DNA of 63,906 bases, the filler included, from Octopus bimaculoides (taxonomy: Eukaryota), in the NCBI RefSeq assembly GCF_001194135.2. It is 5 parts of 5 records of this genome, joined end to end, with 100 filler letters (N's around TTAATTAATTAA, not from the genome) between each part and the next. Parts side by side here need not be neighbours in the genome. Positions count along the whole stretch, not along the records: positions 22,767 to 54,139 come from NC_068995.1; 4 more parts are not named here. One strand, given 5' to 3'. This document shows positions 25,393 through 38,520 of this stretch, one piece after another (positions within the stretch are counted from its first letter, which is position 1; each line of letters begins with the position of its first letter). Under the pieces are notes generated by a model that did no database searches, was not told the origin of the DNA, and was given only the letters and a program-made list of their open reading frames with translations. The translations under genes and the position numbers were made by a program.

Positions 25393-27224
25393 TTATATAT
25401 ATACACTTATATATATACACATATATATATGTTTGTGTATATATGCATGTATATATNNNNNNNNNNNNNNNNNNNNNNNNNNNNNNNNNNNNNNNNNNNN
25501 NNNNNNNNNNNNNNNNNNNNNNNNNNNNNNNNNNNNNNNNNNNNNNNNNNNNNNNNNNNNNNNNNNNNNNNNNNNNNNNNNNNNNNNNNNNNNNNNNNNN
25601 NNNNNNNNNNNNNNNNNNNNNNNNNNNNNNNNNNNNNNNNNNNNNNNNNNNNNNNNNNNNNNNNNNNNNNNNNNNNNNNNNNNNNNNNNNNNNNNNNNNN
25701 NNNNNNNNNNNNNNNNNNNNNNNNNNNNNNNNNNNNNNNNNNNNNNNNNNNNNNNNNNNNNNNNNNNNNNNNNNNNNNNNNNNNNNNNNNNNNNNNNNNN
25801 NNNNNNNNNNNNNNNNNNNNNNNNNNNNNNNNNNNNNNNNNNNNNNNNNNNNNNNNNNNNNNNNNNNNNNNNNNNNNNNNNNNNNNNNNNNNNNNNNNNN
25901 NNNNNNNNNNNNNNNNNNNNNNNNNNNNNNNNNNNNNNNNNTACACACGAATACTTACATATACGCTCACACGCAGAAACGTTGTGTAAAAATTAACAAT
26001 GCAGTTTTACAGAGCATAATTCATTTAAATGTGAAAGAACGAAAGAATAAATTAGTTTCCATCTTCTCTGACATTTGAAACCGTGTACTGACATTTGAAT
26101 CTTAGATTTTTTTTTTATTTAATGAGGAATTTTTATAACCCCAGCGTTCCAAATACTCACACAAAGACAGACAGGTAGGCAGGCAGACAGATTGATAGAT
26201 AGATAAACAGATAGATAGATTGTGCATGTATATATATATGTGTGTTGCATTTCTTTGTATGTTTGCCTATGGAGATTTGAAGCCGGTTACTAAGAAATTG
26301 GCAAAGCTGTTTTGTTTTAAGTGATGACAGCTTTTGGTGTCAGTGGTTAAATGAATTAGTTGGTATGTACATGTGTGCGTGTGTTTGTGTGCTTATGAAT
26401 GTGAACGTGTGGGTAAATTTTCATTTGTGAAGTGGTTGTTACATTACTATACATGCGTCTGGGCTTTGTTGATGTTCATGTTTGCGCAGAAGTGTGTGTG
26501 TTCCATACGGAGGACACATCGCGTTTCTAATTTTTTATGTAGACCTGAACGTTACACATCTCAATGCACTTAGTATAATAGACACAAACGCGCATTTTAG
26601 TTCCCAATAGACGTCCTCGTCCGCCAAGAATCTGACCTATGCAATAATACATGACGCTTACTCTTTGTCCGTTAGAATAATAACTGGCTTTCTGTGTTTA
26701 CACTGGGCTTTGCTTTACATTCCATCAATATTCTTTATTTTCAACACGTTGCTACATTCTCATTCTGTCTTGCCTTTAATTTAACAATGTGGACACCCAT
26801 GCAGGAGTGTTGTGATTTTCTTTTTAACTTGTTTCAATGTTCCAGCCGTGACTATCCAGTATCTATTACCAACAGTGATTTTTACGAACATGACTGTTGC
26901 ATAATCACTCCTTGTTTTCTTTAACACGGCAGAGTATCATTTGAGGGAGATTTGATATCCTAGATCCAGGGAATGAGTAGAAGCGTCCTTAAAGTTTCAT
27001 TTTCAGTGAAGTATAATCAAGGCTCTTACGTTGACCCCTGGAGAAGATCGAATGACGAAACAGAAGTTACGAAGCAACTAAGCAAACATAATATCGCATA
27101 TAAAGTTTGATGTCAATTCACGGAATTCTATCTTCTGTTCCTCAATAAAAGCCTATAGTTCGAAATATCGGCACCTTTCTCTTGTCGATAGTATCTATAT
27201 TTCTTTAAACCTTCCCACTTATTC

Positions 27225-27390
27225 TTCAAAGTAATTCAATCGCTTCAGAGAAGATTCCATTAACTCGATAAGTGATATTTGTTGATTATGCGACGAAGCC
27301 GCTCAAATCGCTCAAATTTCAACTTAGTTATCATAAAGAAGCCTTCGGAACACTTGCTGAAACTGGAGCTCAACTATACAGGTTTGCCAT
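27225..27390 (-). mobile_element. Possible degraded mariner 3' end
   Basis: Minus strand ends ...gattgaattactttgaagaataa, resembling the mariner terminal G.YFE*; little else conserved. Confidence 0.3.
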
Positions 27391-27504
27391 TCATATTTAA
27401 TAACATATAGACACACGAACACACGTACCGTACAAAAGAAAAATAAACAAACTCACATACATATACGTGCGCTCCTACACGCATATATGATATAACTTTT
27501 AATA

Positions 27505-27672
27505 GATTGTGGCCATGCTGCTGCACCACGAAGAATTTTAGTCGAAAGAATCGACACGAGTACTCGTTATTTTAAACCTGATAGTTATTCTGTCGGATCC
27601 TTTGGCCGAAACAATTGGTTACAGAGATGTAAACAAACCAACGCTGTTGTTCAAGCGGCGGTGAAGGAAAAC
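27505..27672 (-). mobile_element. SINE 'family B' 3' half
   Basis: gtggccatgctg...tagtcgaaagaatcgac...ttattctgtcgg...gccgaa; matches 47075-47270. Confidence 0.75.
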
Positions 27673-27693
27673 ACACACACGCACATACACACG

Positions 27694-27782
<89 letters not shown>

Positions 27783-27810
27783 ACACACACACACACATAT
27801 CTATCTACAT

Positions 27811-27970
27811 AGGTGGCTGTGTGGTAAGAAGTTTGCTACCAAAGCAAATGATTCCGGATTATTCCTCAATTCGTGGTCCTTTCAGCAAGTGTCTTTTCCA
27901 TGTCCACGAGCTGACCAAAGCCTTCTGAGTGGATTCGGTACATGAAAACTGAAAAAATCCCGTTGGATAT
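27811..27970 (+). mobile_element. SINE family B 5' half (tRNA-like head)
   Basis: ggtggctgtgtggtaagaagtttgct...gcaagtgtctt...gaccaaagccttctgagtggattcggta. Confidence 0.8.
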
Positions 27971-28928
27971 ATATGTGCGTGTGTGCGCGTGTGCGCGCGC
28001 GCGCAGGCGAGTGTTACCACGTACCACGTGTAATTCTATCAGCGTATTTTGCGATTTAGATAAGTTTTGACTGTTATTTCCAGCAGTTAGACATACTTAG
28101 TATGTCCTTTGATTAATTCTATATATATATATATATATATATATNNNNNNNNNNNNNNNNNNNNNNNNNNNNNNNNNNNNNNNNNNNNNNNNNNNNNNNN
28201 NNNNNNNNNNNNNNNNNNNNNNNNNNNNNNNNNNNNNNNNNNNNNNNNNNNNNNNNNNNNNNNNNNNNNNNNNNNNNNNNNNNNNNNNNNNNNNNNNNNN
28301 NNNNNNNNNNNNNNNNNNNNNNNNNNNNNNNNNNNNNNNNNNNNNNNNNNNNNNNNNNNNNNNNNNNNNNNNNNNNNNNNNNNNNNNNNNNNNNNNNNNN
28401 NNNNNNNNNNNNNNNNNNNNNNNNNNNNNNNNNNNNNNNNNNNNNNNNNNNNNNNNNNNNNNNNNNNNNNNNNNNNNNNNNNNNNNNNNNNNNNNNNNNN
28501 NNNNNNNNNNNNNNNNNNNNNNNNNNNNNNNNNNNNNNNNNNNNNNNNNNNNNNNNNNNNNNNNNNNNNNNNNNNNNNNNNNNNNNNNNNNNNNNNNNNN
28601 NNNNNNNNNNNNNNNNNNNNNNNNNNNNNNNNNNNNNNNNNNNNNNNNNNNNNNNNNNNNNNNNNNNNNNNNNNNNNNNNNNNNNNNNNNNNNNNNNNNN
28701 NNNNNNNNNNNNNNNNNNNNNNNNNNNNNNNNNNNNNNNTATGTATGTATATATACACACAAACATTTCTTGGTGTGCCTACTACTAGAATTAACAGCAT
28801 AATTCATATGTAGATGATATATACTTCTTATTCGCCGAATTGCATTTTTCTCAGTGATGAATAATAATAATAGTAATAAAAATATTTATTGTCGTTATTG
28901 TTGTTGTTGTTGTTGTTATTGTTGTTGT

Positions 28929-29132
28929 TTCAAATTTTGGCACAAGGCCAGCAATTTCGGATGATGGAGTATGTTGGTTAAATCGAACCCAGTGCTCTCG
29001 ACTGCTACTTAATTTATCGACCCCCGAAAGAATGAAAAGCACAGTTGACTTCGGCGGAATTTGAAATCAGAACGTAGCGACGGACGAAACGCTGCTTAAG
29101 CATTTTGTCCGGTGTGCTAACAATTCTACCAG
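28929..29132 (-). mobile_element. SINE family A
   Basis: tttggcacaaggccagcaatttc...atttatcgacccccgaaag...ggcggaatttgaaatcagaacgta. Confidence 0.8.
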
Positions 29133-31096
29133 GAATAGTAATACTCATTGTAAATTTTGCCCCAAGGGCGGCTAGTGGGGGATGGCGATGAGTCGATTAC
29201 ATCAACCACCGGCGGCGGCAGTGGTGGTGGTGATGGTGATGTTAGTAGTAGTGCTGCTGTTGTTGGAGATGGTGTAGATGTCTCGTTGCTGGGAGATGTT
29301 TACCTTCTCGCCGTTTGAATCTTTAAGTTGTACATACAAACAAACAAACCTTTATCTCCTCCATAATTAGGTGAACATAATAAAGCTCTTGTCCCTGAAC
29401 ATTAATTAAAATACATATTCCACTAAATGTATTTGTGTATTTGTGTACAATATGATTTATATGTCACATAAACATTGTTCTACATATGACATGTGTGATA
29501 AAACATTAACCTTCATGATTTTATTCTTCAATATGTTAAACATTGCTTTATATATTACATCCGACCTCCTTCTATACCTCTTGTAATTATTGTTGCTTGT
29601 AATAGATTTTCTTCTGTTTGTAAATACATTGCGAAGCGACAAAGTACTTAAATTTTTCTGTTTAAACAATTGCAGTAGCATCTATTACTTCACTTCACTG
29701 TTTTGTTCGATTTTGTGGAGGTTTAGGGATTTCAAGTTTCGCTAATGATCGTAAATGTTGGTTGTTGTCGTTTTCATCATCGTCAGCGTCATCGTTATTG
29801 CTTTTGTTGTTGTGTGTGTATGTGTGTGTACGTGTGTGTGTGTCTGTGTCTGTGTCTGTGTGTGTGGGGGTAGGTGTTAGGTATATTTACTGCAGTTAGA
29901 CTAGAGGTTATAAAAGCCTACGTAGCAGAAAGTAAACTAAAGTAAACCTGTTTTGTTACTCTGTTCTCCAACAAAAAATAATTAGATGATTCTGCCTTGC
30001 TTCCGCACTGCCTGGGTTCTACTGAGAGACCAAGCACCTATTGTTTACAAACAGGCCCTGTGAGCAATGCCATCAAAGATCAAAGCAATGTTATTTCTAC
30101 ATTTGATTATTTTCCGCAGAGTAAAGGTTATAAGCTGTAGACAAACTAAATTAAATTTAACAGTGCACGAAAATTTATCAACTCTTTAAACCCGCCACCG
30201 AATAATAAACAGTGTGTTCATTAGACATCAAGGCATTTCAACTAAGTACTGGATTGTGTTTGATTTAAATAGCAATCGCCATCAAATTCCGAACCTATAT
30301 GGTTTCAAAGCAAAATTAAAGACCCAAATATTACGGTTTCAGCACAACTTAGAACAATAAATTTCCTAGATTCAACACCAGTGGAGTATTATATGAGGAA
30401 TTTTTTATGGCCCCAGAGAAGAGATATGATGAAAGTCCCGTATCTAGTATATTAGGTGTACAATATTAGACCTTAATGTGTTTCAATTATCTCAATGATT
30501 CTCAACCATTTTTTTACCTATTGAGCTTTTCCTTTCGGTTTCTAATTTAAGCAGGTGAACCTTCGTAGCCATTTGATGTTTCAAAAACATCCCATCATAA
30601 TTAAATATTATTAGAAATTGTCTAAAAAATTGCTAAAACTCTTTATACTGTATTGTGTATTGTAGTATAACTAATTTATTGCATTTCGTTTTAGTATGAT
30701 TCGCAGATAAACTTTAACAACAAAATCTTATATGGATCCGGTTGAGAACCAATGATCTAAGCCTCTTTCTGAAACCTTAAGTAAGACAATTACTATAAGT
30801 CAGTAGATAGTGAAGGATTTGCAGTTTCCATAAGCCTGATCTTAATTGTAAAATATGGGTCCACTGCTTCGCCTGTCGCTGAAAATGCACAAAAACGTCA
30901 TTTAGTCATTTTATTCCAGCTAAAACCAACGGAAAATTCTTCATCTGATTATAAAAGGAATGGAAGGGAATGTTCCAGAGGAAATGGATTCATACATGTT
31001 GGTACATTACTATTGAAACAGTCAACAAAACTATCATAGAATGTGTCTCGATTGCCATTGGATTCCTCTCCTTACAGTAAACATAAAGATAATGAC

Positions 31097-31270
31097 ATTG
31101 TGTACGTTATTTACATTATTTACATTCAACAGATATTGCTTCTCGTCTTGTTTGTTGTTAACACAACGTTTCGGCTGATATACCTTCCAGCCTTTATCAG
31201 GTGTCTTGGGGAAATTTCGAACCAGGGCTCTCATTCCTAAGGTATTTTTCGCTGTTGTTATTATTATTAT
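31097..31270 (-). mobile_element. Penelope-like terminal repeat family B
   Basis: Aligns with 3716-3924; contains a minimal hammerhead; abuts (TTA)n. Confidence 0.75.
31160..31205 (-). ncRNA. Minimal type I hammerhead motif (G8>A variant)
   Basis: GACAC-CUGAUAA-A-GGCUG[GAAGGUAUAU]CAGCC-GAA-ACGU-U-GUGUU: 5-bp stem I, 5-bp stem II, loopless palindromic stem III. Confidence 0.7.
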
Positions 31271-31796
31271 AATAATAATGAAGCCATGACTTCATACGTC
31301 AGTGTTTCTATCTTTGCCAGCTGCGATTGAGTGAGTGTTGCTCCGAACAGACATTTCTGTGACCAAACGGCTCAAACCATAAAGTGAACTGTCCACCACA
31401 TCGTAAAGAGGAGTGCACAAATTGATTGGTTAAAAGATGATAGTCAGGCAGATGTATAGAGAGAAAGAGAGGGACGGACAAATCAAGAACATTGAGTAAT
31501 AGATACACAGATAGATGTATATATAGGTGCGTGCGGGTGTGTGAGTATGCTTGTATGTATAGGTAAAGACAGACAAACGGACAGAAGAAAAAGGTAGGCA
31601 AAATAGATTTCACTAGCGTTCATATATAAAAAAAATAAATAAATAATTAGTAACAGAATTTATGCTATTATAAATCACATATGCCATATGTCTGTCTCTC
31701 GACAACTTCTTTTGTACCTCTCTCTCTCTCTATCTCTCTCTATCTATCTATCTCAGTACATACTTGCATACATGCAAACATACAAACATACATACA

Positions 31797-31828
<32 letters not shown>

Positions 31829-31832
31829 CACT

Positions 31833-31874
<42 letters not shown>

Positions 31875-31902
31875 TTATATATATATATAGGTGAGAAAGT
31901 TG

Positions 31903-31956
<54 letters not shown>

Positions 31957-31972
31957 AATACATGCAAGTATG

Positions 31973-32010
<38 letters not shown>

Positions 32011-32682
32011 TACTAGTATGCATGTATATGTATATATATAAATATAAGCATGCGAGTACGTGTGTATATACGCAGAAACAGAGGGATTGATATAGCGACC
32101 CTTCAACTATAAACATCATATGTTCACTGAACCAAATTATGCAATAACTTGCATATTATATATACATGCATACGTACATACAAATATACACATGCATATG
32201 TATATATTCATTGGCACATATGAAAAAAGACACGCATATACGCATACACACACCCATGTACATATACAGGAGCATACATATATGCATGCTTAGAGTATGT
32301 GTGTCTGTGTATTTCCTATAAAACGCCGTCTTATCTGAAACGTTCGTAAGTGATACGTAGAAAAAAATACTGTCAGTGTATGTATAAAGGGGTGTTTGTG
32401 TGTGCATACAGGTGTGTGTGCGTCTGTGTGTGTGTATGTGTTGAGTGTGTGTGTGTGTTGGTGTACACAATATTTACAGATCTAGAAACCTGGCCTCAAG
32501 GCTCGCAAAAATAATGTTGTAATACCAATGATATATATTTTATGAGACATGTTTCTCCATATATCATCCACCAACAGAGTTACGTTCCTTGCTCCACACC
32601 CACCCTCTTCCCTCGATCATCCATTTTTTTTTTGTCTTATGACAGATTGCTGTTGTTGAATAATTGTGATACTCCATAACTG

Positions 32683-32912
32683 TTTCTTCTCCTCTTCTTT
32701 TTCCTTCTATTTTCTTCCTCTTCTACCTCTTCTTCTAATCCGTCTTTCTTCTTCTTCTTCTTCTTCTTGTTCTTTCTTCTCCTCCCTCTTCTCTTTCTTC
32801 TTCCTCTTCTTCTAATTCTTCTTCTTCTTCTTCTCCATTTTCTTCTACTTCTACTCCATTTTCTTCTTCTTCTTCTTCTTCTTCTTCTTCTTCTTCTTCT
32901 TCTTCTTCTTCT

Positions 32913-32945
<33 letters not shown>

Positions 32946-33062
32946 AATTCTTCTTCTTCTTCTTCTCCATTTTCTTCTCCATTTTCTTCTACTTCTACTC
33001 CATTTTCTTCTTCTTCTTCTTCTTCTTCTTCTTCTTCTTCTTCTTCTTCTTCTTCTTCTTTC
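32683..33062. repeat. Long (TTC)n/(GAA)n polypyrimidine tract with a duplicated interruption block
   Basis: Block ttcctcttcttctaattc...ccattttcttctacttctactccatttt occurs at ~32801-32862 and ~32933-33006. Confidence 0.95.
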
Positions 33063-34275
33063 CACCTTCTCCCCATCCGCCCCGCCCCGCTGTAGATTTC
33101 TACATCTATGAGCACTTTTTCTTGGTCCTTTTTATGTAATATATTTTCCTAAAAAAACGGTTCACATATGTGTGCCTGTACATGCGCTTGTGTGTGTGTG
33201 TTTGTGTGTATATGTTTATGTGTGTGTGTTTGTGTGTGTGTTGATGTGTATGTGTTGTGCGCGTGTGTGCATGCATGTACATGTATGTTCTTTATCAGCG
33301 CCTTCGTCCGTTCCACCTAACTCTACAGTTATAAATGCACAGAAAATTACTTCCGCCTTATATATATAGATCGAAAAAGAGGATGTTGTTTTATTTTGTT
33401 TAGAAGAAGAGAAAGAGAAAAGAGCAAAGCAGGGAGGAAAGGGGTGAAAGAGAAAACGACAGACAGACAGAAACATAAAAGAAATCGTGAATGTTGGGAT
33501 GGTCTTTTACTAACCTGTGTTTGATGCTAAATGACCTTTCAAGATGTGAATTTTGTTTTCTAGAGAAAAGGAGACAGAGAGAAAGGCAGGGAGAAGGAGA
33601 AGAAAGAAAGAGAAAGAAAAGAAGGGGGAGAAGAACGGAGAGAAAGAGACTTCTTTTCAGTTATCTGTATCGATGGTCTCAACCCGTTGAAATTTAATTA
33701 CAATTCAAGTTGTCATTCTTTATTTAGTCACTGTCGTCGAAAGCATCTCTTTCTGTCTACCTCCTTTTCTCTTATTTTATACATATTAGGGTGATAGATG
33801 AAGGTGACATCACAAAGGTTACGTTGTTGTCTAATTTTGAGGGGCTGTTTACATAAAAGATGAGTGGAAGGAAATGGAAGAAGATGGTAAAATATGAGAA
33901 ATTATGCATAGTAAAAAAAGCCTGTAACAACATGACTCCTTATACAGGAGAAATACCAACTAGAGCCAGTCAAGGAACCCCGTAGGCCCGGGACTATCAA
34001 AGGCACGAGTTCTCACGCAACTGTTGTCTAACCTACCCTAATTCTCACCTAATACTTATTACACCAAAATGATAAAAGGTACATTTGGCTTCAGTAGAAT
34101 TCGATCTCAGAACATAGAGTCACAAGAAATGCTGCTAAGCAATTTTCCCCATGTCCTTAAGGTCTGGAAAAAATAAGAACACAACAGTTTTAACTAGTAT
34201 CAACAGTTTTAACTAGTACCAAGACGTTGATGAAATCACGCGGACAGTACACAAACAATATTTTAAAATTGTAAT

Positions 34276-34480
34276 GTGGCGAGCTGGCAGAAACATTAGG
34301 ACGACGGGTGAAATGCTTAGCGATATTTCGTCTGACTTTACGTTCCGAGTTCAAGTCGACTTTGCTTTTCATTATTTCGGCGTCGATAAATTTATTACCA
34401 GTTGCGCATTGGGATCGATCTAATCGACTGGCACCCAGCCCCCAAAATTTCGGGTCTTCTGCCTAGAGTAGGAAAGAATA
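34276..34480 (+). mobile_element. SINE family A
   Basis: gtggcgagctggcagaaacattagg...gttccgagttcaagtcgactttgc...gatcgatctaatcgactgg...gcctagagtaggaaagaata. Confidence 0.85.
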
Positions 34481-35499
34481 TTTTTATATTGTGTAGCAAG
34501 AAAATGGTATATAAAAACGAAAGATCTTTTGACGTGGAAAGGGTGGGAAGATCCCAAATTAGTTTGAAGGAAACTCCTCGGTGCGCACATAATTTCAGGT
34601 TTTTGTAATGGTCGGGTATCTCCACAAGCGTATTTTTCAATGTTCGTTGAATCCTGCTTACAGTTGCTTGGTTAAAGACGATACATTTAACCCTCTTAAT
34701 TTCGACATTTGTATATCTCGCACTGGTGGATAGCATAACCCAGCTTCATTTTCGCACATCACTTCAAATGCACTTGAAGAATCTAGCGAGAGCTGCAATC
34801 GAGAGGAACAAGATATAACCTCAATCCTTTCAGCAATGTGCACAAAACAACCTCTTTTTCTATAGTCAGCATATAGAGAAGGACTAACCGACCGAACTTG
34901 CCAAAAAGAAGGCAACATGTTTAGCTTCAGGATAAACTCAGCCTGTAGCTGGTATTCTTTTAGTCGTAGCAGCTTTCCAACTGCTAAGACAAAGCAGAAG
35001 CTTTTCAAGGTCAGCAGCAGAAGCTTTTCAACATCTAAGCTGGTAATATGAAAATACAAATATTTTAGATAGTTACATAAAGAAACAAAGAAAAGGTGGA
35101 GCAATTCATCAGTTGTCTCCCCTGTCGGCTGTTGTAAAAATAATGATATTCATATTAAACTAATATATTTTCTCTTTTATCATATGTCTGAATATTCCGT
35201 TGTTGTTAAATGTTTTAATAATTAAACATACTCTCATCTGTCTAATTACCTACTTATTATGCGAGTGGTGTTTAAAATAAATGTAATCCATCATCATTAT
35301 AATGGTTAATTAACTCTTTCAGACATTTCGCACCTGATAACTACATTGTGTGGCTTCTATTCCGACATTGGAATGAGTCAATGATAGGACTTATGTGAGT
35401 TCTCTCATTCTGCTAGAAATAGCAGCACAGTCACAAAATACTCAAACCACGTTTTATCGCATAGAAAAGGCGAAGGACGGTGTATTTCTAAACGCCAAC

Positions 35500-35691
35500 A
35501 AAAAGACAACAACGGGATGACGGGGTACATGACGCTCAGGGAAGGAAAGAAAGATAGTTTAGCGTTTCGAGCAACGCTCTTCTTCAGAAACAGAGGAAAG
35601 TCCAATAGAAAGGAAGACGGAGGAAGAAAATCGCCAACGATTCACATGTGATTACATTTTGAAATGGTTACATTTTGAAACGGTTACATTT

Positions 35692-35693
<2 letters not shown>
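35500..35693 (-). mobile_element. Penelope-like terminal repeat 'family C' (diverged subfamily)
   Basis: Shares the gacgct...cgtttcgagc.acgctcttc..cagaaa layout with 63655-63840; abuts (TA)n. Confidence 0.6.
35557..35591 (-). ncRNA. Minimal type I hammerhead motif (U16.1>C variant)
   Basis: GUUU-CUGAAGA-A-GAGC[GUU]GCUC-GAA-ACGC-U-AAAC. Confidence 0.65.
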
Positions 35694-35740
<47 letters not shown>

Positions 35741-35944
35741 TTCGTTGATTTACTAGAGCCGATAAATTAGAGGGCTCATTAAAATGTAGAGTATACTTTA
35801 ATTCCTTATAACTATAAGGTTCCACATTTCTAATACTCAAGGATACTCGTTTTCGATTTTCACCCAGTAAACCGAACCTGCTTTTCTTTTGAATATTCAC
35901 TATGTGATTCTTCTTCTTCTTCTTCTTCTTATTATTATTATTAC

Positions 35945-36001
<57 letters not shown>

Positions 36002-38240
36002 GTTTTTGAAATCTCAAATGCAAGTTTGAAGGAAACGCTTACTGTTATGTTCTTTCTTTAAAAATAAAAAAATAAAAACTTAATGAAGGACGCGTGCGAA
36101 AACGACTGCTTCAAGCGCATATCTTTTATTTCATCACATTTTTTCGAGGGAATATTGTTATAGAGAGAATATTGAATCGATTTATCCCATCCGTTTAATA
36201 ATAGTAATAGTGATATCATGAATAATATTAACAAAAAAAAAACATTTAGGTTGATATATAATAAACCTGAAACATTTTGCTCGAATGGAGTAAACATGAA
36301 GTATATGAAATGTTTGATATCTAAAAATAGAGGAGGTTGCTTTCTTGCACACTAATATTAACAATATGTGAAATGTGAACTTCATGGAAGAAAATCTATC
36401 AATAATATGCTTAACTGGTTATGTAATTGTAAAAGTCTTCTGAAATGTCAATTAGATGACCTACTCTTAAGAAATCATCTCGGTTAATAAATGTTTAGTA
36501 AAAACAACGGAAAGTACTTACAATTAATATAGTGCTTGCACAACTGATTTTTAATCAAGTGTATAAAATCAGGTTTCTTCGTTTAAATATAGAAATAAAA
36601 TACTTCACTTCTTGAAGTATATTTGTGTGAAGCCTCAAAGAGAGGAACGTTAGGTCTGATATTAATTGTTCTATATGTAGTGCACCTTAGGATAATGGAA
36701 GAAAACTAAAATGCAACTTATTCCTCGAGTGGACATTGCTTGTCCTTAGACCCAAATCCAACTTCTTAAATATAACAGATGAATTAAAGATAGGACATAC
36801 ACATTTATTTAAAAAAAACCCTTAAAGCCTTCTAAACTAAATGGCGTACACTGATTTGTGTACGCCATTATAATAGTTTGGGTCTGCTTTTCTCGGATCG
36901 CTATACTTACGATATTTAACGTATTTAGTTCTATTTATTAGATACACTAATATCTATTATATCTGATAAATTAAAATTTCTTAATTTTCTAATTATTAGA
37001 ATTAAATATTTTTTCAAATTTGTAATTAGCAAGTTTAAATTATTTCATAATTTATTTTTTATTGTTTAATTTATTTTTATTATAGTTTTTAATTTTACAT
37101 TTTATTATAACTTACATTTATCATATTACAGTTATTGTAATTTTTAAATATTTTTTTTTTAAAGAAATATAATTTGTTTGAAATAGAATATTTTTTCTCA
37201 GTGAATAATATATTAATTTCCATTGGAAATTCTCATTAACTGAACTTACCTTCTTCTGCTCATGGTTTATATTTAGAATTAAAACTGTTGGAATTACATT
37301 TCCATTGTAACATACGTAATGTATCAACCGAATATCTTGGTTCTACATACCTTCTCTGTGAATTTGAATTGGTCAGTAATAGTTCAATTGTGGTATGAAT
37401 TAGGTAGGTTTTGTTCAAATACCTCCCTATAACTTATACTGGTCAAATATTGTCTATCTGCCTACAAATGTTATCAATTCTAATTCGTATGGTTTAGTTT
37501 TGACCAATATAAGACAGTTTTAAATTTCGCAATCTCTATAGAATCTTAGTCAATCAAATTTCTGGAATTTGCCAATCTATACGAAACACGCGTAAGCTGA
37601 TTAAATATTGCATGTAATTTCCTGCTGTACACTGTGGCCTTTTAACAAATTTACTCAGTGTTTGAACATCGGATTTATAAATAGGACGGGCAGCGGAAAA
37701 CTATTTCATGCAAAGACTTGTTAACAAAGTTTGATCCCTATAGTGAAATTATACTGTATACAACTTGATTTTTTATTATTTTTCTCTTGTGCTTATATAC
37801 ATTTATACACTCACACACACTCACACACACACACATACACATGAACGCGCACCCTCACACGCACAAGTGTTTTTATTCCAGTATGCTAAAGACTCTGCCA
37901 GTTCACCGCCTTATATTCGTTTACTATATTAATATTTACATCACATCAAGTATTATACTCGATGCTCCGATGAAGCTATAAAGTGTTACTGAGGCACTCA
38001 ACTATGAGTACACTTCATCTTACAGCAGAAACAGCAGCAAGTTTACAAAGCTCATAAGATAATCCTTTATTTCTCTGCCATCTCATTTTCTTATGCACAT
38101 ACATATACACGCACCCACATGCACACACACACAATAACTCACACACAGAAAATAACACACACACACATGCATACACATATGTATATATATATATCTGCTT
38201 TCTTCCAAGAAATCTAATGTTCTTAGCTTAGTTTTTCGCA

Positions 38241-38347
38241 AAGGCAAAGTCGACCCCGGAGAAATTTGAACTCAGAACGTAAAGATAGACGAAATACCGC
38301 TACGCGTTTTCCCCGGCTTGTTAACGATTATTCCAGCTCGCCACCTT
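38241..38347 (-). mobile_element. SINE family A 5' part
   Basis: aaggcaaagtcgacccc..aatttgaactcagaacgtaaagatagacgaaataccgct...ccagctcgccacc. Confidence 0.8.
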
Positions 38348-38478
38348 AGAAAACATATTATATTAACGATGATGATGATGACGACGTGAATAAGTTATTC
38401 AAAAGCTACGGTTGTTGCTGTTGCTCTTGCAGCTCCTGCCCCTGCTGTTGCGGTGTTCCTAGTCACACAATGTTGATA

Positions 38479-38520
<42 letters not shown>

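Noticed and set aside
32637-33115. Poly-Glu, poly-Arg and poly-Leu ORFs
   Set aside because: Frames of a (GAA)n microsatellite.
35530-35591. Alternative hammerhead fold with a long stem III to a downstream AGCGUC (GUC cleavage)
   Set aside because: Stem I then fails in this copy; the minimal fold is supported by covariation with 63754-63790.
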